Source: Candidatus Multivoradales bacterium
GTDB lineage: Bacteria; Acidobacteriota; Thermoanaerobaculia; Multivoradales; J023
Direction of reading: 5' to 3'
DNA: 64,000 nucleotides
NCBI GenBank assembly: GCA_965248925.1
Contig: CBDFLE010000006.1
Span: 2,240,001 to 2,304,000, forward strand
Position 1 is the stretch's first letter, and every line of letters starts with the position of its first letter. Shown piece by piece: positions 1-10,863 of the stretch. The notes below the pieces were generated by a model. It did no database searches and was not told where the DNA came from. It saw nothing but the letters and a program-made list of their open reading frames with translations. The position numbers were made by a program, and so were the translations under genes.

Positions 1-1942
1 GCCGATCAAAGCAGGCCTCGGCCAGTGCCACCGCCAATCCGCCCTCGGCGAGATCGTGGGCAGTGCGAATGCGATCCGCGGCAGCCAGGCGACGCAGTAA
101 GACGGCCAATCGCCGCTCAGCCTGCAGGTCGACCCGTGGCGGTCGCCCTTGCTCGACCTGGAACAGCAGCCGCAGATAGGCCGAGCCGCCAAACTCGGCC
201 GAGTCTTCGCCGAGCAACAAGATCCGGTCGCCGGCCTGCTGGAAGGACGACCGCGGTAGCCGCCGCAGGTCGTCAATCAGGCCGACCATGGCCACCGTCG
301 GCGTCGGATGCACCGACCGCTCCTCGGTAGTGTTGTAGAACGATACGTTGCCTGAGATCACCGGAACATCGAGCACACGACAGGCCTCGGACATACCCCG
401 CACACACTCGCGGAACTGCCAGGAAATCTCGGGAATCTCGGGATTTCCGAAATTCAGACAGTCGGTCAATCCAACTGGCTTGGCGCCGGTGCAGGCAAGA
501 TTTCGCACCGCCTCGGCCACCGCCTGAGATCCGCCGCGACGGGGATCGAGACTACAGTAAACCGGATTGACGTCGGAAGTCAGAGCCAGTCCAGCGGGCG
601 TACCTTTGAGCAGCAGAACCGCCGCATCGCCCCCCGGACCGATCACCGTGTTGGTGCGCACGGTGTGATCATACTGACGCCAAATCCACTCTTTGGAACC
701 TAGCTCCGGAGTGGCTAGCAGGGCGCGTAGCGAGCTTCCTGGATCGACTGCCTCGGGCACTTCGGGCGGCACCTGACGCAGCGCCAGGTCGGCCGGTTCG
801 CGCACCGGCCGCCGATACTCGGGGCCAGCTTCAGAGAGCGGCTCGATTGGCATGTCGGCGACCACCGCGCCGCCCTGTGAAATCCGCGCCCGGCCGTCGC
901 CGGTGACCTCACCGATCTCGCTGACCTCCAGACCCCAGCGCTCGAAAACCTGCGCCACCTCTTGCTGGCGACCGCGCTCGGCAACCAACAGCATGCGCTC
1001 TTGCGACTCGGAGAGCATGATCTCGTAAGAACTCAGGCCCTGTTCGCGCAATGGAACCCGGTCGAGGTCGAGGCTGACGCCGGTACCGCCACGACCCGCC
1101 ATCTCGAATGAGGTGCTGGTCAAGCCGGCGGCGCCCATATCCTGAATTGCCACAATCGCCCCAGTCTGCATCGCTTCCAGGCAGGCTTCGATCAACACCT
1201 TCTCAGTGAATGGGTCACCCACCTGCACCGTCGGCCGCTTGGCTTCACTCTCTTCGTCGAAGGACTCCGAAGCCATGGTCGCGCCGTGAATACCGTCGCG
1301 CCCGGTGCGACTGCCGACATAGAGCAGAGGATTGCCCATCCCGGCCGCCTGGGAGGTAAAGATATTCTCCCGTCGCGCCAGGCCCAGGGCGAAGGCATTG
1401 ACCAGGATGTTGCCATTGTAACTGGCATGAAAGCCAGTTTCGCCACCCACCGTGGGGATGCCGACGCAGTTTCCATAGCCACCGATACCACGCACCACGC
1501 CATCGATCAGGTAGCGCATCCGTGGCGCATCGATCTCACCAAAACGCAGTGAGTCCATGCAGGCAATCGGCCGCGCTCCCATGGTGAAGATGTCGCGCAG
1601 AATGCCACCCACACCGGTGGCCGCTCCCTGGAAAGGCTCGATGTAGCTCGGGTGGTTGTGGCTCTCCATCTTGAACACCGCCACCAGGCCATGGCCGATA
1701 TCGACGATGCCGGCATTCTCCCCGGGCCCTTGCAGCACATGCTCGCCGCTGCTGGGGAACTGCCGCAGGTAAACCTTGGAACTCTTGTAGGAGCAATGCT
1801 CTGACCACAGAGCAGAAGTGATGCCGAGTTCGGTGTAAGTCGGGGTCCGACCAAGCAGCTGGCAGAGGGTGCCGTACTCCTGCTCACTCAGGCCATGGGC
1901 CTCGGCAAGGTCCGGGGTCACCCGGATTTCGCTGGCAGTCAT
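1..1942 (-). CDS. purL: Phosphoribosylformylglycinamidine synthase large subunit; 3' end runs off the window
   Basis: Manual translation from ATG at 1942: [23 protein letters not shown]...[12 protein letters not shown], with later ESHNHPS and DMGAAGL motifs. Absent from the ORF track because there is no stop in the window. Follows purS-purQ. Confidence 0.96.
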   Translation of the reverse strand, partial: MTASEIRVTPDLAEAHGLSEQEYGTLCQLLGRTPTYTELGITSALWSEHCSYKSSKVYLRQFPSSGEHVLQGPGENAGIVDIGHGLVAVFKMESHNHPSYIEPFQGAATGVGGILRDIFTMGARPIACMDSLRFGEIDAPRMRYLIDGVVRGIGGYGNCVGIPTVGGETGFHASYNGNILVNAFALGLARRENIFTSQAAGMGNPLLYVGSRTGRDGIHGATMASESFDEESEAKRPTVQVGDPFTEKVLIEACLEAMQTGAIVAIQDMGAAGLTSTSFEMAGRGGTGVSLDLDRVPLREQGLSSYEIMLSESQERMLLVAERGRQQEVAQVFERWGLEVSEIGEVTGDGRARISQGGAVVADMPIEPLSEAGPEYRRPVREPADLALRQVPPEVPEAVDPGSSLRALLATPELGSKEWIWRQYDHTVRTNTVIGPGGDAAVLLLKGTPAGLALTSDVNPVYCSLDPRRGGSQAVAEAVRNLACTGAKPVGLTDCLNFGNPEIPEISWQFRECVRGMSEACRVLDVPVISGNVSFYNTTEERSVHPTPTVAMVGLIDDLRRLPRSSFQQAGDRILLLGEDSAEFGGSAYLRLLFQVEQGRPPRVDLQAERRLAVLLRRLAAADRIRTAHDLAEGGLAVALAEACFDR

Positions 1943-2052
1943 CTAGACGAACTCCGCGCTGACGACCACTAGCAGCCGACGATTCGGGCAAGTGGTAATC
2001 GCTGGATTTGGGCTATTGAAAAGCATGGTCGGCAACTGCCTCCGAGGCGACA

Positions 2053-2757
2053 TCAGGCTCCGACTCCCTGCGCCACGGCGGCAACAGCAGCCGCGAAGAC
2101 AGGGTAACCGTCGGTATTACCGAGGATCTCTTCAGCACATCGTTCAGGATGCGGCATCATGCCGAGTACGTTGCCCTCCGGGTTGCTGATGCCAGCGATC
2201 GCCCGGGCCGAGCCGTTGGGGTTGGCAGCGGCGGTAGGCTCGCCAAGCGGATCGACATAGCGAAACACCACCCTTGCCGCCGCCTCGAGGCGATCGAGAG
2301 CTGCTGCCGAATCGGCGTAGTTACCTTCGGCATGGGCAATCGGCATGCGCAGCACCTGGCCACGCTCGAAACCACGAGTGAAAGGCAGGTCATTGCGCTC
2401 AACCCGCAAGCAGATGTCGTGGCAAAGGAAACGAAGCCCCTGATTGCTTCGCATCGCCCCGGGCAACAAACCCGACTCAAGCAACACCTGAAAGCCATTG
2501 CAGATGCCCAGCACTAGGCCGCCAGCCGCCGCATGCTCGCGCACCGCCGCCATCACTGGCGACACCGCCGCCATGGCGCCAGCGCGCAAATAGTCGCCAT
2601 AGGCGAACCCGCCCGGCAAGACGACCAGTTCGCAGCCCTTGAGGTCGGCGTCGCCATGCCACAGAAAGAGCGTCTCCTGGCCGAGCACATGCTTCAGCAC
2701 ATGGTAGACATCGTGATCGCAGTTGCTGCCGGGAAAGATCACAACTCCGCATTTCAC
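2053..2757 (-). CDS. purQ: FGAM synthase glutaminase subunit
   Basis: FPGSNCDHD, PGGFAYGDYLRAG, GICNGFQ and MMPHPER motifs. Confidence 0.97.
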   Translation of the reverse strand: MKCGVVIFPGSNCDHDVYHVLKHVLGQETLFLWHGDADLKGCELVVLPGGFAYGDYLRAGAMAAVSPVMAAVREHAAAGGLVLGICNGFQVLLESGLLPGAMRSNQGLRFLCHDICLRVERNDLPFTRGFERGQVLRMPIAHAEGNYADSAAALDRLEAAARVVFRYVDPLGEPTAAANPNGSARAIAGISNPEGNVLGMMPHPERCAEEILGNTDGYPVFAAAVAAVAQGVGA

Positions 2758-3020
2758 GACGCTGTACTCCCCTCAAGCAACTCGATCGAATAGTCCTCGA
2801 CCACCGTATTGGCGAGTAGCTTCTCGCACATCTGGCGCAGGTCCTGCTCCGCGCTCGACCGATCTGCCGCCTGCAGCTCGATATCGAAGCTCTTGCCGGC
2901 ACGGACCGCGTGAACCCGGTCGAAACCGAGGCGTGCCAAGGCCTCGCCAATCGCCTTGCCCTGGGGGTCGAGGATCTCGCGTCGAGGATAGATAGTGACT
3001 CTTGCCTGGATCGTTTGCAT
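2754..3020 (-). CDS. purS: FGAM synthase PurS subunit
   Basis: ILDPQGKAI and LLANTVVEDY motifs; overlaps the purQ start. Confidence 0.96.
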   Translation of the reverse strand: MQTIQARVTIYPRREILDPQGKAIGEALARLGFDRVHAVRAGKSFDIELQAADRSSAEQDLRQMCEKLLANTVVEDYSIELLEGSTAS

Positions 3021-3089
3021 TGCTCTGTCCTGTTGCCAGCGAGTTACCCGCCAGCTAAATTAGATCGCGGTGGGGACACAGAAAACACC

Positions 3090-3977
3090 CTAGCCGACGC
3101 CCGCTGTTTCGCTATCGAGCTGCCAATTGAGGGCTAACTGTGAACCTTGTTCGGCCGCTTCCGGCGCTAGCAGCCGCGGTCGTTCCGCCGGCGGCTCGAC
3201 CGGCAGCCAAGCGGTCGCAACATCTTGCCGAGTGAGCACCACCCGAGCTGGCGAACGCAGCTTCTCGAGGGTCGAGGAAATCGCTTCGAGGGCCAGCGCC
3301 GGAGCATTGTTGGATTCTGAAAGATGGTAGAGCACCACGCAGCCAAGGCGCTCGCCCACCAGATCCGCCAAACCATCTGCCGCTTGCTGGTTCGACAAGT
3401 GGCCGTGGCGACTGGCGATACGTTGTTTGAGATGCCAGGGATAGGGACCGTCACGCAGCATCTGGAGGTCGTGATTGGTCTCCAGAACCAAGGTGTCGAG
3501 GTCGCGAAGCTTGGCCCACGCCAGTTGGCTCTTGGCGCCCAGATCGGTAAGCACTCCAAGGCGGCGACCGGCGGCATCTTGAATGGTGTAGCCGACCGGC
3601 TCGCGGGCATCGTGCGGCACGGCGAAAGCATCGACCCGGAAGCCGGCAAGCTCGAACGGCTGGCCCGACCGAATCGGTTGGGTGAACGACAGCGCGCCCG
3701 CTCCCAACTTGCCGGCACCCAGCGTGCCAGCGGTGGCCCGGCAAGGCAACCGGTGACGGCGCAACAGCACGTCGGCCCCGCAGACATGGTCCGAGTGTTC
3801 GTGGGTCAGCAGCACGCCATCGAGTTGCGCCGACTCGAGACCGAGTGCTTGCAAACGACGGTCAACCTGCTTACAGGAGAAGCCCACATCAACGAGCAGC
3901 CGGCGACCGTGCGACTCGACGACGATCGCATTTCCTCGACTGCCAGATCCCAAGACGGCCAATCGCATGCTCTTCAC
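3090..3977 (-). CDS. Metallo-beta-lactamase-fold hydrolase (YycJ/WalJ-like)
   Basis: LGSGSRGN, THEHSDH, LETNHD and HGHLSN motifs. Confidence 0.88.
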   Translation of the reverse strand: MKSMRLAVLGSGSRGNAIVVESHGRRLLVDVGFSCKQVDRRLQALGLESAQLDGVLLTHEHSDHVCGADVLLRRHRLPCRATAGTLGAGKLGAGALSFTQPIRSGQPFELAGFRVDAFAVPHDAREPVGYTIQDAAGRRLGVLTDLGAKSQLAWAKLRDLDTLVLETNHDLQMLRDGPYPWHLKQRIASRHGHLSNQQAADGLADLVGERLGCVVLYHLSESNNAPALALEAISSTLEKLRSPARVVLTRQDVATAWLPVEPPAERPRLLAPEAAEQGSQLALNWQLDSETAGVG

Positions 3978-3998
3978 ACCCGGCCGCCACTGGCGGCC

Positions 3999-4760
3999 TC
4001 AGAACTCGTAGACCTTGCCTTGCTCCAGAAAATCGATATCCGGGTTGCCAAGCGCTTTGACCTCACGGTGAATCTGCTCGACACACGGCGGCTTCAGATG
4101 ATGCAGCAAAATCGGCACTCGCTTTTCCAGCTTCTCGAGCTCGCTTGCCAGGCTGGCCGGGGTCAGGTGGAACGACACGTCGGCCACCTCCTGCAGCGAG
4201 TTGTCGAAGCTGGTATCGAGACAGATTGCCTCGAGATTGCGAGTGTTGTTGGCCACTTCCCACAAACGCTGAGTCGGGCCGGTATCACTAGACCACAGCA
4301 CGGCTTTACCGGCCTGCTCGATGAGGAAGCCATAGGTCGGTACCAGATGGTCGACCGGAATCGGCGTAAAGCGAACTCCCTCAAGTTCGAACGGCACCTC
4401 ATCCTGCAGCTCGTGAAACTGCAGTGCCGGCAGCAGGTGGTTGGGTAAGCGGGTGAAATCCGGCCAGGTGGCGTTGTTGAAAAGATACTTGCGCATCGCA
4501 TACACCGTCGCCGCTGAAGCGTAGATGTCGAGCGTGCGCTCCTGGCGGCTGAAGACATTCTCGATGAAGAAGGGGATCGAGCTGGTGTGGTCCATGTGCG
4601 AGTGGGTCAGCAGGATCGAATGCACCCCTACCTGGCGTTCGAGGGACAACGCCTGCGACAACGAGCCCGCATCGAGAGCGATGCGGTCGTTGATCAAGAG
4701 GCAGGTCATCCGGCAGCCCAGACTCTCGCCCCCATATCCGCCTAGAACCTCTATCTTCAT
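3999..4760 (-). CDS. Class II 3',5'-cyclic-nucleotide phosphodiesterase-like MBL-fold protein
   Basis: Start MKIEVLGGYGGE; ALDAGS, THSHMDH, FNNATWPDF and HLTP motifs. Confidence 0.82.
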   Translation of the reverse strand: MKIEVLGGYGGESLGCRMTCLLINDRIALDAGSLSQALSLERQVGVHSILLTHSHMDHTSSIPFFIENVFSRQERTLDIYASAATVYAMRKYLFNNATWPDFTRLPNHLLPALQFHELQDEVPFELEGVRFTPIPVDHLVPTYGFLIEQAGKAVLWSSDTGPTQRLWEVANNTRNLEAICLDTSFDNSLQEVADVSFHLTPASLASELEKLEKRVPILLHHLKPPCVEQIHREVKALGNPDIDFLEQGKVYEF

Positions 4761-4957
4761 GCTGTGATTCGCAAAGTTGCAGAATTCTATCCCTGCCCCT
4801 GCCCCGCGCACAAGGTGTGCTTGAGCCCAATCGCTCCAGCCACCCCGCCCACGAACGCGGCGCGAGTCTACAGCAAAGCTGGCTTCACGCTAAAGGATAG
4901 AGATATCTAGCCGGCAAACTTCTCCCGAGCACAGCCTACCGCCCAAGAGGCCGGTCC

Positions 4958-7900
4958 TCAGAATCGCGTGCCGATCCAGAACTCGGTCTCGAACGAGGAC
5001 TCCTCGTTGTCGCCAAAGCGAGTCACTCGAGCAAAGTCCCAATTCACCGGGAAGCCGAAGAAGCGGGCGCTGAGACCCCAACCATAGGATGCCACCGCAT
5101 CGTCGAGCTGGCTGTTGGTGCTGTCGTAGAAGTCGAAGTCCTGAACGTCGTCGTACCAGTTGCCGCCGATATCGAAGAACAGGATGCCGCGGATACCGCC
5201 CAGACCACCCAAGCCGGCAAAGGCGAGCTGCTCGATCAACGGGAACCGCAGCTCCGCATTGCCGTAGAACACCCGCGTCCCCGACAACTCGCGGAATTCG
5301 AAGCCGCGCAAGGTGTCGAGCCCGCCGATCCAATAGGGCTGCGCAAAGTTGCCGTCCGAAGCACCGGCGAAGAAGCGGAAAGCGAAGTTGCTGCGACGGG
5401 TCAGCGGCACGTACTGTCGCGCGTCGAGGGTGAGCTGGGTGTGCAGGGTTCCGCTCTCCTCTGTATCCGGAGCGTAGGCACCCGACAAGCGAATCCGGTG
5501 GCCGCCGATCGCTCCCCACTGGTTGAACACCGTGTTGTCGCTGATCAGCGTCACCGACAGCTCAGGGAAGTCGTCCTCGCGCGGCAAGATCACTGGAACT
5601 ATATCCGGATCGGTGAGTGCTCCTTGGCAGCTGACCGCATCGCCACCAAGCCTCAGATCGACACAGAGCGAGCCCTTGTACTCGCGATTGCGCACGCTGG
5701 TTGCAATCTCTACCCGGTTGTTGAAATTGAAGGGGTAGATCAGCCGGAACTCGACCCCGGTCTGCTTGAACAGCTCGTCACTCTCGGTATCGATACGCCC
5801 GTCGAGAGTGTCGCGGAATCGCCGCACGGCGAAGAAGCGTTCGTCGAACACCCGCGCCGCCCACTGCCATCGGTTCTTCAAGTTCAGGTAGGTGAACTGG
5901 AAGTTGGAGAAGGTGTCTACCGCCGCCACGTTGGCGATAAACCGGCGGTCGCCCAGATAGTCACTGAAGCTCAGCACCACCCGACCGACGAAGATGTTGT
6001 TGCTATCGATACCGATGAAATTGTCGATGCTCTCGAGGAAGAACTTCTTGCCGCCGTAGCTATCAATATTGGCATCGTCGATCGACACCTCAATATCCGG
6101 CTCGAAACGCTCCAGAGTAGCGATCTGGGCTGGCTCGTCAGAGATATCGACCACCTCCGGTGTGCCCAAGGGCTCCTCCACGTCGGTCATGAAGAGGTCG
6201 AAGCGCCCTTTCCAATAACCGGTGTAAACCAATCTCTCGCCGCCTTCCGGCAAGGCCAGCACCGCCGGCCGATCACAGCCAGTAACCGAGTTGGTGTACT
6301 GGGTGATCTCACCCCGCTCCAGGTCGAGACCGTAGATGTTGTCGGCACCGCTACGATCGCTGGTGAAGTAGATCCGCCGACCCGACGCGGAGTAAACCGC
6401 CTCCTTGTTGTTGGTCTCGCCCTCGGTGAGCTGATAGCGCTTCGAGGGATCGCGCGGGTCAAGACGGAAGAGCTGGGCGTACTCACCCACCCACGAGCTG
6501 TAGGTCAACCAGTTGCCATCGGGAGAGTAGGACGGCGCCGCGTCGTAGATCTCGTCGTGGGTGATGTTGCGGATCTCGAGCGATTCGAGATCGACGGTGA
6601 AGATGTCGAAGTATCCATCGAGATTGCCGGAGAAGGCGACGTAGCGACCGTCGGGGGAGAACGCGGGCGACAACTGCTGCTCGATCTCCATGTCGATGAT
6701 CTTCGCCAAGCCACCATTGAGCACATCGATCAGGATCAGACTACGACCCGATTCGCGGCGGCCGAAGGCAGCGATGTAGTTGCCGTCCGGCGAGAAGGCC
6801 AGATCCCGGCCCACGCCACGACCGGTGGTGAGGAACTGAGTGACGATCTGGCGGATGTCCTTTTCCAAGCCCTTGGTCAGATTGCGCAAGCGGCGCCGAT
6901 TCTGGGCGTCGAAGAGGGAGATGTCCACTTCGCCCTTGTCGGTGGTGATCGCCGCCACCAAATCGCCCGACGGCGAGGCGGCCGGCGACAGCTCCCAACC
7001 CTGGTTGCTGTTGTTCTCCTCAAGACGGAACGGGCGACCAAAATCACCCGGCTCACCGGTGTCGAGCAAGGTCGCCAAATAGCGCTTGCGCAGCCAGCGC
7101 CGGAACTCGGCATCGAAATCCTCGGCATCGATCCGGAAAGTGCGCTCGATCGCTTTGCCCACCGAGGCGCCCAGGGTGTTGCGGAATTCGTAGATCAGAT
7201 CCAACACCGCCTCGGCGCCCCAACGTTCCTCGATGTAGTCGAAAACCACATGACCGTAGCGATAGGCGATAAAGCCGCCTCCCTGCCAAGCCACCGACGG
7301 GATGTTGTCGTTAACCACCGCGTCGACCATGAACTTGCGATCGGCCGAGGTTTCGTCGTCGGCCATGTAGCTGGCCATGCCTTCGATGAACCAGGTTGGC
7401 GGCCGGCCGCGGAGACCGGCACCTAGTTTGCCGCGAAACAGCACGTAGTACTGGAAGATGTGGGTCAGCTCATGCTTGATCAAGCCCTGCAGGTCAGGGT
7501 CCGGCATGTCCAACGGCATCACCATGCGGAAGCGGTTCGGGGTAGCGAACGCCTGCGCCCCCTCGGGCACGCCGTTCAGGATGATGTTGTTCTGTTGAAA
7601 CGCCGAGTGGGTCTCGTAAACGATCAGCGGCGTCGGCTCCTGGATCTGGTAGTCGAAGCGGCGGGAGAGTTCGTCGTAGGCACTTTCGGCGAACGACGCC
7701 ACCTTCTGCAACAGGTGTGCCTCGGCTTGGTTGTAGTAAATATCGAAGTGCTGCGAGTGGTAGATCTTCCAGTCGAACTCACGATACTGGACCTTGTTCT
7801 TGCCAAAATATTGACCGGCGGCGGGGGACGGCGCCAGCAGCGAGGGCAGAACGATAGCGAGCATCGCCATCAGCGTGACGAGCTTCTTCGAGAAACGAGA

Positions 7901-7996
7901 GATCAAGGTCACAGGGACCTCCTTCCGACTGGATTCGATAGCGCCGCCGGGGCCTCTAAGTCCTCGGCGATGCTTGGGAATCTGTTGCGAATTCAA
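4958..7996 (-). CDS. Outer-membrane protein: HExxH peptidase-like domain, PD40/TolB-like propeller and Omp85/BamA-type barrel
   Basis: Signal peptide, QYFGKNKVQY, HELTH...WFIEGMASY, repeated SPDG motifs, GGLDTLRGF (Omp85 loop), C-terminal Phe. True start is probably GTG near 7911. Confidence 0.85.
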   Translation of the reverse strand: MNSQQIPKHRRGLRGPGGAIESSRKEVPVTLISRFSKKLVTLMAMLAIVLPSLLAPSPAAGQYFGKNKVQYREFDWKIYHSQHFDIYYNQAEAHLLQKVASFAESAYDELSRRFDYQIQEPTPLIVYETHSAFQQNNIILNGVPEGAQAFATPNRFRMVMPLDMPDPDLQGLIKHELTHIFQYYVLFRGKLGAGLRGRPPTWFIEGMASYMADDETSADRKFMVDAVVNDNIPSVAWQGGGFIAYRYGHVVFDYIEERWGAEAVLDLIYEFRNTLGASVGKAIERTFRIDAEDFDAEFRRWLRKRYLATLLDTGEPGDFGRPFRLEENNSNQGWELSPAASPSGDLVAAITTDKGEVDISLFDAQNRRRLRNLTKGLEKDIRQIVTQFLTTGRGVGRDLAFSPDGNYIAAFGRRESGRSLILIDVLNGGLAKIIDMEIEQQLSPAFSPDGRYVAFSGNLDGYFDIFTVDLESLEIRNITHDEIYDAAPSYSPDGNWLTYSSWVGEYAQLFRLDPRDPSKRYQLTEGETNNKEAVYSASGRRIYFTSDRSGADNIYGLDLERGEITQYTNSVTGCDRPAVLALPEGGERLVYTGYWKGRFDLFMTDVEEPLGTPEVVDISDEPAQIATLERFEPDIEVSIDDANIDSYGGKKFFLESIDNFIGIDSNNIFVGRVVLSFSDYLGDRRFIANVAAVDTFSNFQFTYLNLKNRWQWAARVFDERFFAVRRFRDTLDGRIDTESDELFKQTGVEFRLIYPFNFNNRVEIATSVRNREYKGSLCVDLRLGGDAVSCQGALTDPDIVPVILPREDDFPELSVTLISDNTVFNQWGAIGGHRIRLSGAYAPDTEESGTLHTQLTLDARQYVPLTRRSNFAFRFFAGASDGNFAQPYWIGGLDTLRGFEFRELSGTRVFYGNAELRFPLIEQLAFAGLGGLGGIRGILFFDIGGNWYDDVQDFDFYDSTNSQLDDAVASYGWGLSARFFGFPVNWDFARVTRFGDNEESSFETEFWIGTRF

Positions 7997-8053
7997 TTAA
8001 GACCTGCGCAAAAAGGAAACCAAAAAGTCAATTCAAGCTTGCTCGGCAGCCGC

Positions 8054-8851
8054 TCAATCTGCAAATAGAGAACGGGTAGCTTCCACCCGCTTCTGGGCAA
8101 AGATGCCGACAATGCGATCTTCCAGCGAGTAGAGATTCTGGAACATGCCGATCAACGGATCGGCGCTCTCGCCCTCGTACTGCTTGAAATCCTTGAAGTT
8201 GTCGCTGTAGAGCAGTTCTCCGGTGCGGCCGTCGAAGACCTGCATGACGATGTCGTACTCGAAGCCAGTCTGCTCCACCAAGACCTGGCGCTGATAGACC
8301 CGCCCGTCAAAGGGCGAGACGTACTCCTCGGTACGGTAGCCACTGCGATCCTGAATATCGAAATCGAGACTGCCGGCGAGAATCAGATCGACCTGCACGC
8401 GGTCACCCAAGGCGCGCCAAAAGTCACTATCGCGAGCCAACATTTCGAGATCGTAGGTTGGATAGTCCATCGGACCGGTCTCCAGCACTTTGAGATCGGT
8501 TTCGCGGCGCAACAGTTTGAAGAGATAGCGCTCAAACTCGCCCTGAACATCGATATCTCGTCCTGGAATGCGCCCTTCGCCTTCCTGCGAGACCATAATG
8601 AACGGCGCCGGCGCGATCGTCCGCCGACCCCCCAGATCAAGCCGCGCCCGCACCGGCAAGGTCACTTTGACCTCGACAATAGCCGCCATCACTGGCCAGG
8701 CCGCAGCGGCGCCAAGCAGCAGCAGCAGCACGGCTCGCCGCGGGTCGCTCCAGCGGCCTCTGGGCGGCGCGGGGAGACCTACAGATTCACTAGCAGGGGA
8801 CTTGCGGCGCAGAACTCGCTGCCGCCGAGAGAAGTTGCCATCCGGGCTCAT
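8054..8851 (-). CDS. Exported hypothetical protein
   Basis: 265-aa ORF with a hydrophobic signal-like stretch, co-oriented with its neighbours; start uncertain. Confidence 0.7.
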   Translation of the reverse strand: MSPDGNFSRRQRVLRRKSPASESVGLPAPPRGRWSDPRRAVLLLLLGAAAAWPVMAAIVEVKVTLPVRARLDLGGRRTIAPAPFIMVSQEGEGRIPGRDIDVQGEFERYLFKLLRRETDLKVLETGPMDYPTYDLEMLARDSDFWRALGDRVQVDLILAGSLDFDIQDRSGYRTEEYVSPFDGRVYQRQVLVEQTGFEYDIVMQVFDGRTGELLYSDNFKDFKQYEGESADPLIGMFQNLYSLEDRIVGIFAQKRVEATRSLFAD

Positions 8852-9020
8852 TTGCCAAACTCCTTTGCTGTCCGACCACCGCCGAGACTTGGCGATCCCC
8901 GGCTCGTGCCGATCTGCTCAGTGCTTCTATGCAGCCTCGATGCCGGCCAGCGGCGGCATCTGCCTGCCACCTTCCGCCACAGCTGTCTTCTACCGAGGTC
9001 GACACCGTCCTCCACAGGTC

Positions 9021-9503
9021 TCAACCCTGGTCCTCAGCCACCGCGGGACGAGGTACTGGGGCCGACTTGCCGCCCTCTTCGCCTTGCTGCTGATCGGGTT
9101 TGAAGCTGCGATAGAACTCGACAAAGCGCGAGTAATTGCGCTTCAGCTCCTTATTGGTCGAGTCGCTCTTGATCGCTTGCTGGTACAGCTCCAGGGCCTT
9201 GTCGAAGTTACCCAAGGCCTCGTAGGCCACCGCCAGATTGTTGAGCACCCGCGGGTTTCCGGGGTCCTTTAATCGCGCTCGCTTGAAGCGGAAAAGCGCC
9301 TCGGCCCACAAGCCTCGCTGCGCCATCTTGACGCCGAAACTGAGTTGCGCCGCGGCAGTGTCGGGTTGGCCGGCATTCTTCTTGGCCAGCGTCGGAGCGG
9401 CCGGCAACAAGGCCAGCAAGATCAAGGAAACAAAGACCCAACAGCTCGTCGAACGGCTGTGGATTCGGTTGGGAGAAGGCATAACGAGCGTCCCTTCACG
9501 CAC
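9021..9503 (-). CDS. Exported tetratricopeptide-repeat protein
   Basis: Signal peptide then TPR pattern (VLNNLAVAYEALGNFDKALELYQQA). Confidence 0.85.
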   Translation of the reverse strand: MREGTLVMPSPNRIHSRSTSCWVFVSLILLALLPAAPTLAKKNAGQPDTAAAQLSFGVKMAQRGLWAEALFRFKRARLKDPGNPRVLNNLAVAYEALGNFDKALELYQQAIKSDSTNKELKRNYSRFVEFYRSFKPDQQQGEEGGKSAPVPRPAVAEDQG

Positions 9504-9704
9504 CGATTGGCGCGCTCTCTAGCCAGGGTTAGAGGTGTGATCGCCAGCACGGACTCTTGCCAGTATATACGAGCCCGATCGGCGGTGGATTGGTAGGTCA
9601 GGAGTCAAAATCGATCGCCCGCGACAGATCTGACCCTCCTTTTCCGTCTCTCATGACGAGCTTCGCAGCAACGCGAATGCCAGATTCTTGGGAGAACCGA
9701 AAAA

Positions 9705-10808
9705 ATGTTGGAAAAAGAACTTCTGATCACCCTCAATGCAGCCCCAATCGTGCCACGAGCCACGCTCTGCCGGCTCGGTGCCGAGCTCGAGCGCTGGCGA
9801 GAAGACCGCGGTGGCGGCAATCCGGCAGCCCTCGCCCGGCGGCTCGGAGTGCCGGCCAAACACCTCGCTCAGGTCGACGCCCTGCGCCCGCGCGCCGCCC
9901 ATCTAGCCCAACAACAGCACCAGCAGGCTGACCGCTTCGGTGCCCGCCTGATCACCATCACCGATCGCGACTACCCCAGTTCCCTACGCGATTTGGCCCT
10001 GCCGCCGCCGGTGCTCTACTGCCGCGGCGAGCTGCCCCGCGGACCAGCGGTGGCGATCGTCGGCGCTCGCAAGATGGACTCCTACGGCAAACAGGTGGCG
10101 CGACACTTTGCTGGCGAACTCGCCGCCTCCGGGGTGACCATCGTTTCGGGCTTTGCCCGCGGCGTTGACGCCACCGCCCACCGCGGCGCCCTCGAAGCCG
10201 CGGGCCACACCGTGGCGGTGCTCGGCTGCGGCCTCGACATCGACTATCCCCAGGGCCAGGCCGGGCTAGCGCTCGACATCAGCCACCAGGGTGCTTGCCT
10301 CAGTGAGTTCCCCTTTGGCTGCGAACCGCGGGCCTGGCATTTCCCGGTCCGCAATCGAGTGATCGCCGCCCTGGCTCGCGGCACTCTGGTGGTGCAAGCG
10401 GCAATTCGCTCGGGCTCGCTCAACACCGCCCACCATTCCCTGGAGTTGGGTCGCGACGTCTATGCCATACCCGGCCGCATCGACGACCCCTTGGCTGGCG
10501 GCACCAACGGCTTGCTCGCCGACGGTGCCCTGGTGGCCAGAGCGCCGCGCGACGTACTCGAATGTCTGGCCCTCGAACAGCTGCGGTTACCGATCGAGCT
10601 ACCGGCGGCGCCAGCCTTGCCCGACCGCCCTTTGCCGACCGGCGCCCAAGGCCAGCTGCTGGCGATTTTACCGATCGGCGAAGAGGCCACCGCCGACCAA
10701 CTGGCCGCAGGCCTCGGCCAGGCAGTTGACCAGGTTCTCGGCACTCTGCTCGAACTCGAACTCGGCGGCTGGCTGAGCCGGCGACCGGGACCGGTTTATG
10801 GCCGCTGA
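9705..10808 (+). CDS. dprA: DNA-processing protein DprA
   Basis: VAIVGAR, IVSGFARGVDATAH, FPVRNRVIAAL and SGSLNTA motifs, plus a C-terminal winged helix. Confidence 0.95.
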   Translation: MLEKELLITLNAAPIVPRATLCRLGAELERWREDRGGGNPAALARRLGVPAKHLAQVDALRPRAAHLAQQQHQQADRFGARLITITDRDYPSSLRDLALPPPVLYCRGELPRGPAVAIVGARKMDSYGKQVARHFAGELAASGVTIVSGFARGVDATAHRGALEAAGHTVAVLGCGLDIDYPQGQAGLALDISHQGACLSEFPFGCEPRAWHFPVRNRVIAALARGTLVVQAAIRSGSLNTAHHSLELGRDVYAIPGRIDDPLAGGTNGLLADGALVARAPRDVLECLALEQLRLPIELPAAPALPDRPLPTGAQGQLLAILPIGEEATADQLAAGLGQAVDQVLGTLLELELGGWLSRRPGPVYGR

Positions 10809-10863
10809 GAGATGTTTGTCAACCGGCAACCCGCAGCCAACAACTCGGGCCTATAATCCCCCC

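Noticed and set aside
5441-7426. Long antisense ORFs (661 aa here; also 3324-4448, 21763-22893, 25367-26149, 37339-38187, 58470-59432)
   Set aside because: Shadow frames opposite well-supported genes, expected in GC-rich DNA, with no motifs.
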